Source of the DNA: Octopus sinensis
Lineage: Eukaryota
Length of the DNA: 64,000 nucleotides
Assembly (NCBI RefSeq): GCF_006345805.1
Contig: NC_043002.1
Span: 35,774,001 to 35,838,000, forward strand
Reading direction: 5' to 3'
Shown here: positions 14,452 to 29,874 of the stretch, piece by piece
Numbering within the stretch: position 1 is the first letter of the stretch
Layout of the letters: each line of letters opens with the position of its first letter
Translations under genes and position numbers: made by a program
Notes under the pieces: generated by a model
Told to the model about the DNA's origin: nothing
The model's input: only the letters and a program-made list of their open reading frames with translations
Database searches by the model: none

Positions 14452-17304
14452 TATTGTCTTTGCACAGCTTCTATCGTTGGAGATGTACTACGGTGCCAGC
14501 TATTCACTACCAGTGAACTAAAGTAACACCCCTTATTTTTCGAGCACTATCCGGAGTATTCGAGCGGTTCCAAGCAGTACTGTTTTCTGCAAGTGATCCA
14601 CCCTTGTTGCAACTCCTATTTGTCTCAAAATATTTTCAAGATTTTTACTCACTGATTTTTACCAGGACCCCGACAATTATTGGTACTACTACCGCCTTTT
14701 TCATCGTCCACAACTGCTTAACCTCCCAAGCTCACCGGTCATATCTATCGACTTGTCTTTCTTTCTTATCGCATACCTTGTTGTCAGCTGGGTATGCTAT
14801 ATCTGTGATCCAGCATCGTTTGCTTTCTTTCTCAATTAACACTGTGTCTGGCTTCTTATTCTCTATCTCATGGTCGTACTGAATCATAAAATCCAATAGG
14901 ATTTTTGCCTTATCACTTTCGATGATGCCTTCGGGTTTGTACCACTTTTTTGCTCTGTCAAATCCATACTTGTTGCAAAGTGTCCAATGGAGAATATTTG
15001 CTTATCATCACGCCTCTTATATTCTTTCTGGCTAGTGGCGTACATTGACTGGTTGTATGCCATGCGGTTTCACCTTTTTGTCCACAAATTCTGCACTTAT
15101 CACTTTCTGATGTGTTGTCTATTTTGTATTCAGTGTAATTCGTTCTTAGTGCTTGCTGTTGGGTAGCACAGATTTTAGAACCTCCGTTTCCGGTTTTAAA
15201 TCACTTTTAGTAATCCATAGCCATCTTTTTTTCTGTCTGTCTTATCTTCAACATCCCTATGAAATTGTCCATGTATTTTTTTCTTTATCCACCTATTTTC
15301 AGTTTCATTTATTCTCAAGTGCTTGTACAGTGCTTTATCTTTGCAATCTTCCATCCTACACACGCCTGACCTTCTTACTTCCAATAATAGTGGTTCTGTG
15401 GCACTTTTTACATACCAAGCTATGTTGTTTTCTTCTTCTTTAATGCTGTGTTCGCATTCAATCAGTCCTCTTCCTCTTGCCTCTCTTTTTCTTGGTACAT
15501 ACAGTCTGTCTATGTCACATTTTGGGTGGAGTATCCCATATCTAGTCAGAGACTTCCTTGTCTTTCTGTCTAAGCTGTTTACTTCGTCTACTGTCCATGC
15601 GATTACCTCTGTTCCCTATCTAAGGAGTGAAACCGCCCAGGTGTTGATAGCTCTAATTTTATTCCGTCCGTTTAATTTCGACTTAAGGATCAGTCTCAGT
15701 CTGCGCAAGTACTCCACCTTCAATTTTTCTATCATTTCTTTCTCCAATTTATCCATTTCCAAATCCCCAAGTACTTATAGCCCGTCTCTTCTATACATTT
15801 GATTTTGCCTCTCTTCAAGATTAACACACCACACTTTTTCTGTCAGAACTCCATTCTGATATCATTCACTAAACGTATACACCGTATCAACAAGGGAACT
15901 GATTTGGGATTCATCTTTGCCGTAAAGTTTGAGGTCATTCATGAATAATAAGTGGTCGACTTTTTGTAAGCGGCTTTTCAATGCATACTCAGCCTTTGCT
16001 TTCCTCAGAATCAGTGTTAGTGGTATCATGCACTGTACAAAGATCAGTGGGAACAGGCAGTCCGCTTGGAAGATGTCTCTCCTGATTTCTATTGCCCCTA
16101 AACTTCTTCCATATGGTGTCAGTTCCGTTCTCCACTTCGCCATATATTTTCCAAGCAATCGCTCAACATTCAATGCAATACCAAATAGGTTCATACATTC
16201 CATAATCCAAGAATGTGGGATCATATCGTACGCCTTACTATAATCGATCCATGGCATGGCTAAGTTACTTTTCCTCCTCTTGCAGTTTCTGAGAACAGTT
16301 TTGTCTACGAGGAGTTGATTTTTGGTACCTCTGCACTTATCCTTGCAACCCATCTGCTCATGTGACAGGACTCCATTCTTTTCCAGATATTCGTACATTG
16401 ACTCTGCGACTACTCCAGTCAATAGCTTCCACATAAGTAGCAAGCAGGATATCGGCCTGTAATTGTCTACCATATTGCCCTTTTCACTGTTTTTCAAGCA
16501 CAGCACTGTTCCACCCATTGTCAACCACTCTGGTGTTACTTGGTCGGCATTTAACAAGGTGTTGAGTTGTGCAGCTATTCGTGCATGATATTCACCAAAT
16601 CTTTTGATCCAGTAGCCTTGAACTCCATCTGGTCCCGGGGTCTTCCAGTTGCCCATTTTTTGCTGATTTCCTTCACTTCCCTAACTGAAATGAGTAGTTC
16701 TGCCTGTTTTGGACAGACTACTGTTTGTTTCAGTTCTTGCAACCATTCAGTATCCTTCTTGTGCTCCTTGTCTTTGCTCCAGAGGTTACTCCAAAACCTT
16801 TGACTTTCAATGTTTTCTGGTATCAACTTTTCGTCTGTACATTCTCCATTTAGTTCTTTGTAGAATCTCTTCTGATCTACACTGAGTAACCTATTCTGCT
16901 GGTAAACCTTCATTCTTTGGTCGTATCTTACCATCTTTGCTTTCTTTGCAACGAGGCGCTGTTTCAGTTCCTCCATTACCACTTCCAGGCTCTTTCTTTC
17001 AATATTATATTTCCTGTTAGTTGCCCTGTATTTTTGTTCGCTTTTAAGCTCCCCCTTTTCTTTTCGGACTAACACAGAAACGTTCTTCGAGAGCATATCT
17101 AACCGTGCCTATACTCTTCTTTTCCACCATGGATCTTTTCTTTTGTCACTCCCATTATATTTCTTTTTCTTGACATCAACACCCAAATTTTCTCTTACAA
17201 CAATACTTGCCGCTTTGATCAAATTATTTGTTTCTGTGATGTTTTTTGTTCTGATATATTTCAGAATTTCATTCACATTTTTCGTTTCTTGGTTCAATTT
17301 CCAC

Positions 17305-17305
<1 letters not shown>
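14452..17305 (-). mobile_element. 5'-truncated R4/Dong-like non-LTR retrotransposon (RT plus C-terminal restriction-like endonuclease), disrupted
   Basis: ORFs 16575-17096 and 15862-16656: [61 protein letters not shown]. Downstream come CRICG (zinc knuckle), KPDTVLI and LLGTARILRIVLEK* (stop about 14533), then a (TAA)n/(CAA)n tail. Multiple frameshifts. Confidence 0.92.
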
Positions 17306-17341
<36 letters not shown>

Positions 17342-17356
17342 CCACCACCACCACCA

Positions 17357-17388
<32 letters not shown>

Positions 17389-17390
17389 TC

Positions 17391-17436
<46 letters not shown>

Positions 17437-17439
17437 TAT

Positions 17440-17573
17440 TTTATTGTCATTGCACAGCTTATAACGCTAGAAATGTACTACGGTGTCAGTTGTTCACTAC
17501 CAGTGAACTAAGGTAACACCTCTTATTTTTCGAGCACCATCCGGAGTATTCAAGCTAATCCAAGCAAGACTAT
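17440..17573 (-). mobile_element. Short 3' end of the same R4/Dong-like family
   Basis: Closely matches about 14452-14585 (TTCACTACCAGTGAACTAA..TAACACC..TTATTTTTCGAGCAC); flanked by (CAT)n runs. Confidence 0.88.
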
Positions 17574-17575
17574 TT

Positions 17576-17606
<31 letters not shown>

Positions 17607-18409
17607 CTTTTCTTCATTTCTACTCTCCTCTTTTTATCCATCGCCTTTATCTTAATCTCACAGTTCACATGTCTTACAAATAATCTTAGAACATCTACCC
17701 AACCTGTCTGACGACTTGAGAGACAGATTCATTTATCTGAAGCAGATAAATTTCTCTTCTAGGATTGCTCCGCCATTTCTCTATAACTGGGAAAATAAAG
17801 ACTGCCTGGTTAAAATGGAATTCGATAAGATCAACGAGCTAATGAAGAAGCAAAGTGAAGACATTGTGAACTTGAGCTATGCTTCAAAACAACGCTTCTT
17901 GTGGATGGATAAGGTGAACTAAATGTAAGAAAAGCTCAGCCGGTGTTTCACCCTCCTCAACAACAAACTTGGCTGAATGTGCCCTTACTACAGTTACGGA
18001 TATGTTGACTAAAAAACGAAGATATTTGTGAGCGAAACAAACTGGATTTGTCCCTCAGGTTTCGAGTTTAGTTTCTATGCATATAGGACGAAATGGGTAT
18101 TAATTCAAAGTGAAGTTATGTGTTGCAAGGATTCCCTTTATTACCCTATTTTTGCCCTTTTGAAGGCACTTAATAAGGTGCTTTTGAACTTCCCAACACT
18201 GATACGTGAACACGAAATCAAATGGAAGATGCGAAGGGTATAAGTGCTATGGGCATTGTCTTCCGTCTCCAACTAAATCACTAAAATTACATGTATACAT
18301 ATATCTGAGTAGATTGTGTAAGTATGTGTGTGTAGGTGTGCGGTGTACGTACGTGCGTGAGCGTGCACGAGTATATAATGAATACAGTTTATGGACGAGT
18401 TGTGAAGAA

Positions 18410-18712
18410 GTACACTTCACAATCATGAGGTCTCGTGTTCAATCCTACTGAATAGCATCGTGAGCAAGTGTCTTTTACTGTAGGCTCAGATCGACCCGAG
18501 CCATGTGAATTAAACTGGATAGACAAACTGCGTGGAAATCCGTCGGAAAGAATGTACCCGTAATCCAAAAAGCTGTAGCTTTGTCAATCATTGTGCCACG
18601 CTGATTCAGCTTCTTTATGTGCAGAAGAATCTATGGAATACTCAACCATTTACATTACAATTCAATTGGTCAAGCAACTGGAATTATTCCTCGTCGCAAC
18701 CGACAAAGGATT
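18410..18712 (+). mobile_element. Degenerate SINE remnants
   Basis: GCAAGTGTCTTTTACTGTAGG...GTGGAAATCCGTCG and CCTCGTCGCAACCGAC resemble the SINEs at 51370 and 36404. Confidence 0.55.
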
Positions 18713-19053
18713 AATGTGTTTTAAATAACTATTTTGCGTGGAGATTTGTACAGGTGTGTCTTCAGGTACGTTTTAGACGTTATTATTGTTGACATGTGAT
18801 TAAGGTTTTGCTTTAGTTTTTCACATGCAGTACATCTAATACTGTATTATTCGATAAATCCTTCCTTTTCTAAGGGGATGGAGTATTATTTGAGAGAGAT
18901 GGTATTCTATTTCTCGCGGGGTCATCGACAAACTAGAAGCTCCCGCGTTGACTCGTGGCAGGAAAGTAATCAAGACTACACATAGATGGATTTTTGCTTG
19001 CAGGAATAAGTTGAAAATAAATGAGTTTGTGACTGTGGGTGGTCATGCTTGCT

Positions 19054-19128
<75 letters not shown>

Positions 19129-19138
19129 ATGTGTGTGT

Positions 19139-19169
<31 letters not shown>

Positions 19170-19442
19170 AGTGGACACGCGTGTCCATGAATATGCGGAT
19201 TCGTTTGCGGGTGTGTTGAAGTATATTATTATGTATACATATATGCACAAGCACGTACAAATTGTATTATGTATGTATAATTGTACGTATGTAAAACTTT
19301 ATTTACACAGAAAGCGTTCAGCGATTCTACAAAGACTTCGAAACATGTAAATGCACGCGTGCGCGCGTGTGTATGTAGGCATTCTACTGTAACGAATGCG
19401 ATTTGCAGCTTACGCAATGTATAAGTGCACATGTGTAACTGT

Positions 19443-19453
19443 ACATACATACA

Positions 19454-19485
<32 letters not shown>

Positions 19486-19600
19486 CATACATACATACAT
19501 ACTACATTCATACCTACCAACCTACATACATACATACACATACATACATACATACATATATACATACATACATACATACATACATTCATACCTACCTACC

Positions 19601-19632
<32 letters not shown>

Positions 19633-19871
19633 CATACATACATACATACATATACATACATACATACATACATACATACATACATACTTACATACATACA
19701 TTCATACCTACCTACCTACATACATACATACATATATATACATACATACATACATACATACATTCATACCTACCTACATACATACATACATACATACATA
19801 CATACATACACATACATACATACATACATACATACATACATTCATACCTACCTACCTACCTACTACATACA

Positions 19872-19903
<32 letters not shown>

Positions 19904-20069
19904 CATACATACATACATACATACATACATACATACATACATTCATACCTACCTACCTACCTACCTACCTACCTACATACATACATACATACATACATAC
20001 ATACATACATACATACATACATACATACATACATACATTCATACCTACCTACCTACCTACCTACCTACC

Positions 20070-20101
<32 letters not shown>

Positions 20102-20160
20102 CATACATACATATATATACATGCATACATACATACATACATACATACATACCTACATAC

Positions 20161-20191
<31 letters not shown>

Positions 20192-20282
20192 AATATATAC
20201 ATATATACATACATACATACATACATACATACATACACACACACATACACATGTACTCGCATACACAAACACACATATACAC

Positions 20283-20335
<53 letters not shown>
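19443..20335. repeat. Long (CATA)n tract with CATT/CCTA variants, then (CA)n and (GA)n
   Basis: Direct reading; source of the 365-aa HTYI pseudo-ORF. Confidence 0.97.
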
Positions 20336-20339
<4 letters not shown>

Positions 20340-20520
20340 CATACATGCATGTGTAAAGGATTACTTACTCAAACAGATACATACATATACATATGCACAA
20401 TTGCAATCACATGTATATTTATGCGTGCACAGTTCTACGGGAATATGTTTGTGTGTTCTTCATTTGTACAGAAAACTTCAGGAAATTAATTGAATGCCTT
20501 ACAGTTTGTATACACACATT

Positions 20521-20720
20521 TACACACGCTAAAACACGCTAAATGACACATGCCAAATACACAGGCTAAAACACGCTAAATGACACATGCCAAATACACA
20601 CGCTAAAACACGCTAAATGACACATGCCAAATACACACGCTAAAACACACTAAACGACACATGCCAAATACACACGCTAAAACACGCTAAATGACACATG
20701 CCAAATATACACGCTAAAAC
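20521..20720. repeat. 37-bp minisatellite, about 5.5 copies
   Basis: Unit TACACACGCTAAAACACGCTAAATGACACATGCCAAA repeated with few substitutions. Confidence 0.95.
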
Positions 20721-20906
20721 ATGCACACATATGAATGCTAAAACACACGCCGCACACACTCATACACACAATGAATCATAAACAGCTACAAACATAAGTT
20801 TTCAAGCATATTTTCGCAGATAAAGACTGCTTACTCACAGATATAGTCGTTGAAAGAATAAAAGACAACCAAGCGTTTACTTAAACACACACACATATTT
20901 ATATTC

Positions 20907-20960
<54 letters not shown>

Positions 20961-21458
20961 GCACCCATGCACATGTGCACACACACACACACACACATAC
21001 ACATTCCCACGCCGTCTACGCACGCACACGCACGCACGCACATACACACAGCCATACAGCCACCCATTCACACACTCTTCAGATTGCCTCTGACTCACTA
21101 CTGACCCTTCCATCTACGCACACATGCAAACATACACACATGCACGGCCACCCTCATCCATTCGCACACCTGTCACTATAGGTACTGACCTCTCAGAGTG
21201 ACATTAACGCACACATACATAGATCCTACCTCCGGCACAGATCCTAGCACACACACACACAAACACACACACACAAACACACACACACAAACACACACAC
21301 ACAAACACACACACACAAAGTTAATGTCACACACATGCACACACACAGACACGCAGTTACTGCCTCACACACACGTTACCATACATACACACGCTACCAC
21401 ATACATACACACACACGCTACCACACACACGCGCACACACGCACGGACGCACGCACGC

Positions 21459-22781
21459 ACAGTATCAGGAATTAACGGTCCTTTCTATAAGATTTCTAGG
21501 CTCCTCTCTAAACCTCTCAAGCCCTTACAACACGCATTCCATGGACACGTCAGCAGCTCCCACGAAATCTTCACAAGACTCAAAGATATCTTAAAACTAA
21601 CAAACACCTTTTTAGCTTAGACGCAGTTTTCCTCTACACCTCTGTACCTGCACTTCCGGTCGTCGATATCCTCATAGACCACATCACGTCCTTATCTCCT
21701 CTCACATCTCCTTCCCCCAACCTCCATCCTAATTTCTTCTTCCCTCTCCTGCAACCTCCTCCTCCTCTTCATCTCCCACCTCCCCATCCATCAACTTCCA
21801 GGACTTTGGCCTCACACCCTCGGACATACGAGAGTTACTAACTATTATGATTAGTAACACCTATTTCCAAAATAACGGTGTGATTTACAAACAGACTTCC
21901 AGCCGACCTATGGGATCTGGCCTTTCAGGCCTGCTGGCCATCACGTATAAGAATAAGCTAGAACGCACAGCACTCAACACGTGCCGCTCATGCATCTTCT
22001 TCTGCAGGTACGTTGATGACATCCTTATCATCACGTCCTTCAGGGATGAGGCCATTAACATACACCGGACCTTCAATAACATCGACATAAACATCAAATT
22101 CGAGAATTGAACACCCAAACCCACCAGAGCCAAAGCCGCATACGTGAGAAACGAGATTGCACGTATAAACCACAATTGCAGCGAAGTGATTGACAAAGCC
22201 GTCAACACTAAACAGTTCCTCAGAGCCTTAACCCTGAATGGCTACCCACCATCTTTAGCCAAACAACGGCGCCTAAAATGTATATCAGGGTCAATAAACT
22301 CCCAAGTCCGGCACGTGCTTCCTAAAGCTACCACATTTTGACCACAGATCTACTGCAGCGATACAACACACAGTCCGCAGAGAAGGACTCGACACACAGA
22401 TAGTGCACATCAGCCCTTCTGTGAGAAAATCTCTGTCCAAGAACAACACCTCTCACTACTCCGAGGAGTGCACATTATCGAACTGTCACATTAATGACCC
22501 TGAATTGTGCCAGAGGACCTATGTTCTATACGAGATCATCTGTTGCAAATGTGGTGCATCCTACATAGGAAGCACAAGAAAACTGTATATCTGCATAAAG
22601 GAACACATGCAGGCAGAAGAAACATCTACGAAAATGCCAGACCCGGGAATTCACAATGCACATCAGGGCAACACAGCGGAACAGGGGCAACCTCAGAATC
22701 TCTGAGGCCATCCTCATACACCAAAGAAAACCAAATATCAACAACAGAAAAGAGTTACAAGAAGCTAGCTGGTTGCTATAG
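21459..22781 (+). mobile_element. Penelope-like element relic (RT plus GIY-YIG endonuclease), internally deleted
   Basis: VSGINGPFYKISRLLSKPLKPL; NTYFQNNGVIYKQTSSRPMGSGLSGLLA; FCRYVDDILII; then VLYEIICCKCGASYIGST...IKEH and RISEAILIHQRKPNIN. Contains stops and frameshifts. Confidence 0.92.
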
Positions 22782-23039
22782 CAACACCTTTCCACGCATG
22801 TCCACTCCACACACGCTCACACACATGCACATCGGCAACATTCGTCAATTTCTTCGGGAAATGAAGGTAGCAGAGCACTATGGGAATTTATAGGTGATTA
22901 GTACCAAGAGGAGGGGGGGTAATTCCACTATGCATAGTGTAATCTAAATTATCTTCTATTATTATCTTCAATCTATATTGAAGGATATATATAATTTGTT
23001 ATAATTTTTAGTAGTATTTCATTTATTTATGTAATTATT

Positions 23040-25670
23040 TATATAATCTATTCAAGTACTAAGAAAATACGGAATATGGTGAAATATATCAAATTCAAAA
23101 TATACCCTAACAGACACGACAAGCACCTCGGCAACTTGGCTAGTAAAATAGAAAAATCAAAGAACCAGGATGGAATTATAGTACAATCTGATAAGACCAG
23201 GAACTTATACAGGCTAGATACACCACTTTATGATAATCTACTCGAAAAGGAAATAATGTAAAAATATAAAGTAGTTAATAAAAATTATCTAGATAATATT
23301 AACATAATCTCCAAACAAATTATGGTTAAATATGGTATTGAAAATAGATCTGAATCATATGTCCCGATGCATCTAAGAATAACGATTAAAGACCATTAGA
23401 ATAATTTTTACTCTAACCCCCAAATAAGGTTAATATGCCCTAGCAAGTCAGACATAGGCAGACTTAGTAAATTGATATTAGATAAATATATAGATAAATT
23501 AAATAGGTTAGGTAATCTTAAACTCTTGAATTGTATCCGTGACACTATTAAATGGTTTGATAATATTCAGGATAAAAATAGATGTAAATTGTTTAAAATT
23601 AATATAGAGAATTATTATTCATCCTTCAATGAAGTGTTTTAAATAAAGCCCTGTCATATGCCATGAAAAAGGTAAATATGTTATTTGAAGAAGTCAAAGT
23701 GGCGTTGGCCGCGAGGAAGTTTATTATGAAATATAAATAATGAAATATAAACTATGAGCAAGAAAAGACACAAGAGATCATGTGCCCCTGATTCTGTCCA
23801 AGTTACCGATCTTGTAGGATTATATCTTTTATCTGAACTACAGATAGAATTTACGAATACAAAGGGTGTTCTTTATAGGGACGACCTACTACTTATAACC
23901 AGGAACTGTGCTAATAGTTCATTTGAATGCCTTAAGAAGAAAATGTACAAGTTCTTTAAGAATTATGGTCTGGGAATATCTATAGAGAATGAACACTATG
24001 CAGTAAATTATCTAGACGTCAACCTTAATCTTGTCACTAATAAGATCCATCCATTCCATAAGTTGAATGAAAATTTAATGTATATCATTAGTTCTTTAAG
24101 TAAACATCCTGGATCAGTTAAAGACGCTTTAATAGATAATATAGGCAAAAGAATATCTATGCTATCCTCAGATTATGCCACTTTTAATATAAATGTCCCA
24201 TATTATAATAAGGCATTAAAAGACGCAGGGTATAACTCTAATATAAAATTCTTTAATTATTACGAACACCTTAATAATATAACGAGTAATCCTAATAATA
24301 ATTCTAACAGCAAAAATATGAAATAAAAGACAATATAAGAAACTAAATAAGGATAAAAACAATGATTACAATAATATTAATGATTACAATAATAATAGTA
24401 ATATTGATAATGAGAATACGATCAATAGTAAGAAACATAGTAAATTATACAAGCGGAAATATAATACACCCAAGAATAACACTTTAATACCGATGATGTT
24501 TAATAATGATAATATAAAAAATATAAAAAATAAAAATTAAAAAGGATATTATATGGTTAATTATTTCGTATGGGGCTCAAATGATGACTAATATTTTTAA
24601 GGAGACACTTAAAATTCTAAAAATGTTTTTTAATAAGGACAAAATTTATTCAAATATATTTTCCAATAAAACCATAAGAGTAGGCCACTCAACATCGAGG
24701 AATGTAGGCAATATCATTTCCTCTATAAATAATAAGAAATTAAATAATTATTATAATAGAAGAATAAATAATAGCTTTAGCCATAATGTAACCAATAGTG
24801 ATGGGAGTCCTAATCAAAAGATAGAAAAATGTTCATGTCGTGAACTAAATGTAAGCTCTCTAATAATTATAATATTGATAATGTAATTTATAAATGTGTA
24901 ATAAGCTCTAAGAACAATAATAATAAAATTATAAATAAGGTTTAAACAGGATCTACAGCTAATGAAATTTAAAAAAGACTCTCCCAACACTACCAGACTT
25001 TCAAAAATCCTAATTCCTAGTCCACAGCTTTAAGTAAGTATATATGGGAAATAAAATCTAGAAAAAGAGATTACACTCTTAGTTGGAGTATAATAGGCAG
25101 AGCCCACTCTTATAATATTGGGAATAAAATGTGTTTATTATGTATAACAGAATTTATGAAACTGCTAGAGTCTAGAGATAAATTACTAAACACATACGAT
25201 GAACGAGGAGTAAATGTAGACACAAAAGTAATTATATTTTCAATAAAATGAAATACTGAGCCCCACCCTTGAATCTAATGGCCACGTATTATAGTTCCTT
25301 CATAATTGATAATTTTAATTTTAACTTAAGTTAAAGAAAGTATATTTTATACCCTGCTGGTATACTGGTTATATTCTTCAAAGTATTATTACGTGATGTA
25401 CAAATAGACACCACGAGTTTACCTTCAGATATACTTATTAGGTTATTTTTTTTTGTATTATCTTAAATAGAATACCTGCACATCTATTAATCCCCCAAAC
25501 TGAATTATTATTGATTTCTATTATATATTTTGCATATTTCTAGATAAATAGATAAATATATAAATATATGATAATCAAGACCCCACTGTACGATATGCAG
25601 ATGCATGTAGTGCTAAAGGGTTGTACCTGATTGATTTGGAAATTCATTTTCCCAAATTATTAAAATTAAT
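23040..25670 (+). mobile_element. AT-rich Penelope-like element relic (possibly Naiad-type), RT plus GIY-YIG, ending at (TA)n
   Basis: VQSDKTRNLYRLD, ITIKDH, RLICPSKSDIGRLSK, DSVQVTDLVGLYLL, LYRDDLL, VNYLDVNLNL; then KCSCR...NVIYKC, TGST, STALSKYIWEIK, MCLLC, KCRH. Many stops. Clade assignment is from recalled motifs only. Confidence 0.9.
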
Positions 25671-25685
25671 ATATATGTATGTATG

Positions 25686-26960
<1,275 letters not shown>

Positions 26961-27744
26961 TGGTCTCTAAAACACTTTCCCTCCCAGATAATTTGTCGGA
27001 GACAAAGAATCGATACTGGGAAAAATTGCAGGGGTGTGCATTGTGAACATTGCAGAACGGTCAAAATTATCATTGCAAGATGTAAAATTACAGATTGATA
27101 TAATGTAAGGCCAAAGAAAATCATGGATATCAGGAGAAAGGAACTGAGGTGATGTATGCGGGACAGTTATTTATTCAAGTGAGTCCAAATAGTTCAATGT
27201 TGCTTTGCGTGCATGGTGTGCAGTCTGGGTGTTGACATCGTGATTCAGTAGTGAGTTGCGTATACATGTACGCGAGAACGATGCAGCTTCAGTCTTTTAT
27301 TGAAAGAAGCTGAGGCGAGAGAGTGCATTCTCAATCCATGATATAATTTTCAAATTTTCAGATAGAAGTGTACATGCTGTGTTTCGTGTACATTTGCTAT
27401 GGGTAAGCAAGACGGCAAAGTGTGACATGCTGGCGTATTGAGAGAGACAGGAAACTGTCTCACGGTATACACAGGATCCTACAAAGCTAAGTTGTTTAGA
27501 TACAAGGGTGCAGAGAGTACGATGAGACACATGACGCGCTGAGTTGGGAAAATAGCTGAGTCGGCGCAGACATGGGAAAACAAATCAATGACGACACAAT
27601 ATTGTGGTGCATGTGTATAACTGGAAGTGAGCATACGGGATGTATGGATGTACATTGTATTTGTTCATATATACATATATATACATACATATATATATAT
27701 CATTCATCTACGGTAGTAGTTGAATAACATTCTTAAGGCCGCAA

Positions 27745-28237
27745 GGCGGCGAGGTGGCAGAAACGTTAGCATACCGGGCGAAATGTTTAGCGGTATTTCG
27801 GCTGCCGTTACGTTCTGAGTTCAAATTCCGCCGAGGTCGACTGTGCCTTTCATCCTTTCGGGGTCGATTAAATAAGTACCAGTTACGGACTGGGGTCGAT
27901 ATAATCGACTTAATCCGTTTGTCTGTTCTTGCTTGTCCCTTCTGTGTTTAGCCCCTTGTGGGTAGTAAAGAAATAGGTATTTCGGCTGCCGCTACGTTCT
28001 GAGTTCAAATTCCGCCGAGGTCGACTTTGCCTTTCATCCTTTCGGGGTCGATTAAATAAGTACCAATTACGCACTGGGGTCGATGTAATCGACTTAATCC
28101 GTTTGTCTGTCCTTGTTTGTCCCCTCAGTGTTTAGCTCCTTGTGGGTAGTAAAGAAATAGGTATTTCGTCTGTCTTTACTTTCTGAGTTCAAATTCCGCC
28201 GAGGTTGACTTTGCCTTTCATCCCTTCGGGGTCGATA
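27745..28237 (+). mobile_element. SINE with tandemly reiterated body (about 2.5 units)
   Basis: Head AAGGCGGCGAGGTGGCAGAAACG, then the body GTATTTCG...GGTAGTAAAGAAATAG repeats with a period of about 185 bp. Confidence 0.92.
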
Positions 28238-29271
28238 GTATTATTTCTCTTGCTCGCATTTTCCATGTAATTGAATAATGCGAAGACTGATCAACCTGGG
28301 AAAAATTCAGCAGAACTGCGAAAAATGCAAACATTCAAAAGAAAACATGTGATGAAAACCATGCAATGATAATGCAGTGAACAATACGGGTGCATGAAAT
28401 GTGCAATGCAAACGGCCAGTGAGAAAAATAGATGCACGTGAATTTCTTCGAAGAATTCGACCTCCTAGCATTAAATTGAAACATAATTGTGTTGGGGTTT
28501 ATAAACGCCGAAGTTCAGCTTGCCTGGGACGCCAGAAGCCCTAGAGTCGTCCCTGGTTTGTGGGTATGTAACTTAGTAATTTTATGCATCACAGTCGGCT
28601 GAATTGTTTTGGTTGACAGAAGCGCGTTGTGCCCAGTTAAAAGTTGACCGCGGGATTACAGCGTGGAACTGCAGAATTCGATCGGATTGCATGTTGTTTT
28701 GGTCAATGGTTGACGGCTCGTAGCTAGCTGGAGACAGTGCATTTCATGTTAAGCCAGATGCATATTCGTTTTTGAAGGCAAGATTTAATTGTTAAAAGAA
28801 AGAATTTGTCTCTAATCGTAGAAAGTTGCATGATTGATTGAAGAGAAGTGTGTACTTCCTTTAAGTCGAAATTAACCAACTCTGTGTATCGATCTGTGAC
28901 AAATTAGTGCAATTATTTTAGAAGACGTGCAGTTCTTGAGTCTCGAGTAGAATGCTGCTATTTGTAACGACGTGCTGTGATTGTTTCAGAAGAAGGCCGT
29001 TATTCTTTAAGGCTGCTATTCTTTTGTCAGAGACCACCAAATGTAAAGAAATCTGTTGCTCATGAGTCAGCAGTCGCTAGAAATGTAAAGAAAGCTGTTG
29101 TCCTTGAGTCGGGGGTCACCAAAATGTAACGACATAATTTGAAGAGAAGTTGGAAAGTCAACAGAAGCTAACGATGTAGTTTGAATGATGGTGATGATGC
29201 GGCAGGGAAACGAATGAAAGAAGAAGAATTAACTAATTATGAAGATGGCCATTTATTTCATATGAATTATG

Positions 29272-29874
29272 GGATCTATACCTTTTGACCGACAGATTTA
29301 AAAAATAAATTAAATACTTTCAAACTTCAGACAGTGGTAGAATGTATCCTTTTATACATCTTTTACTCTTAGCATTTTTTAGAAAAACTTATATTTACGA
29401 AGTTATTTCACGTTAAAGTAGTCGTATTTCGGTAATTTTGAACAAATCAATGACGTGTATGCAGCTGAATAAACTTACTGTCGTTGTTTGTCAACAACAA
29501 CTATCGGCGGTGTATTTTTCGTTTGTCACTGTTATTTATGACATCGTTCGTTCGTTTGTACTGGTTTTAGCTTTAAGGTTTTAGGGTTAGGGTTGTCATA
29601 AATAACAGTGACAAACGAAATATACACCACCGGAAGTTCTTGTTGACAACCAACAGCAGTAATTTTATTCAGCTGAATACACGTCATTAATTGGTTGAAA
29701 TTACTGAAATAGGACAACTTTAACGTGAAATAACTTCGTAAATATAAATTTTTCTCAAAAATGCTAAGAGTAAAATATGTCTTATATGACACATTCTACC
29801 AGTGTCCGAACTTTGAAAGTGTTTAGTTACAAAAAATAATTTTTTAAAATCTGTAGGTCAAAAGGTAAAGATCC
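29272..29874. mobile_element. Foldback MITE, about 270-bp TIRs, 8-bp TSD (Merlin-like termini)
   Basis: Ends GGATCTATACCTTTTGACC / GGTCAAAAGGTAAAGATCC; arms 29272-29543 and 29594-29874; direct repeat GAATTATG at 29264-29271 and 29875-29882. Superfamily is inferred from the GG termini plus 8-bp TSD. Confidence 0.9.

Noticed and set aside
17716-17922. 68-aa non-repetitive ORF
   Set aside because: No recognisable domain or convincing splice context; may be a LINE ORF1 scrap.
19396-20493. 365-aa ORF and the many similar [12 protein letters not shown]/poly-E ORFs across the window
   Set aside because: Translations of stop-free microsatellites; no protein signal.
20521-20720. 37-bp repeats as a CRISPR-like array
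   Set aside because: Head-to-tail units without spacers, in a eukaryotic context with no cas genes.
25579-25623. Hammerhead-like trace at the end of the 23-25 kb Penelope; similar traces near 145-182 and 33735-33770
   Set aside because: The position is suggestive but both core boxes are too degenerate to call.
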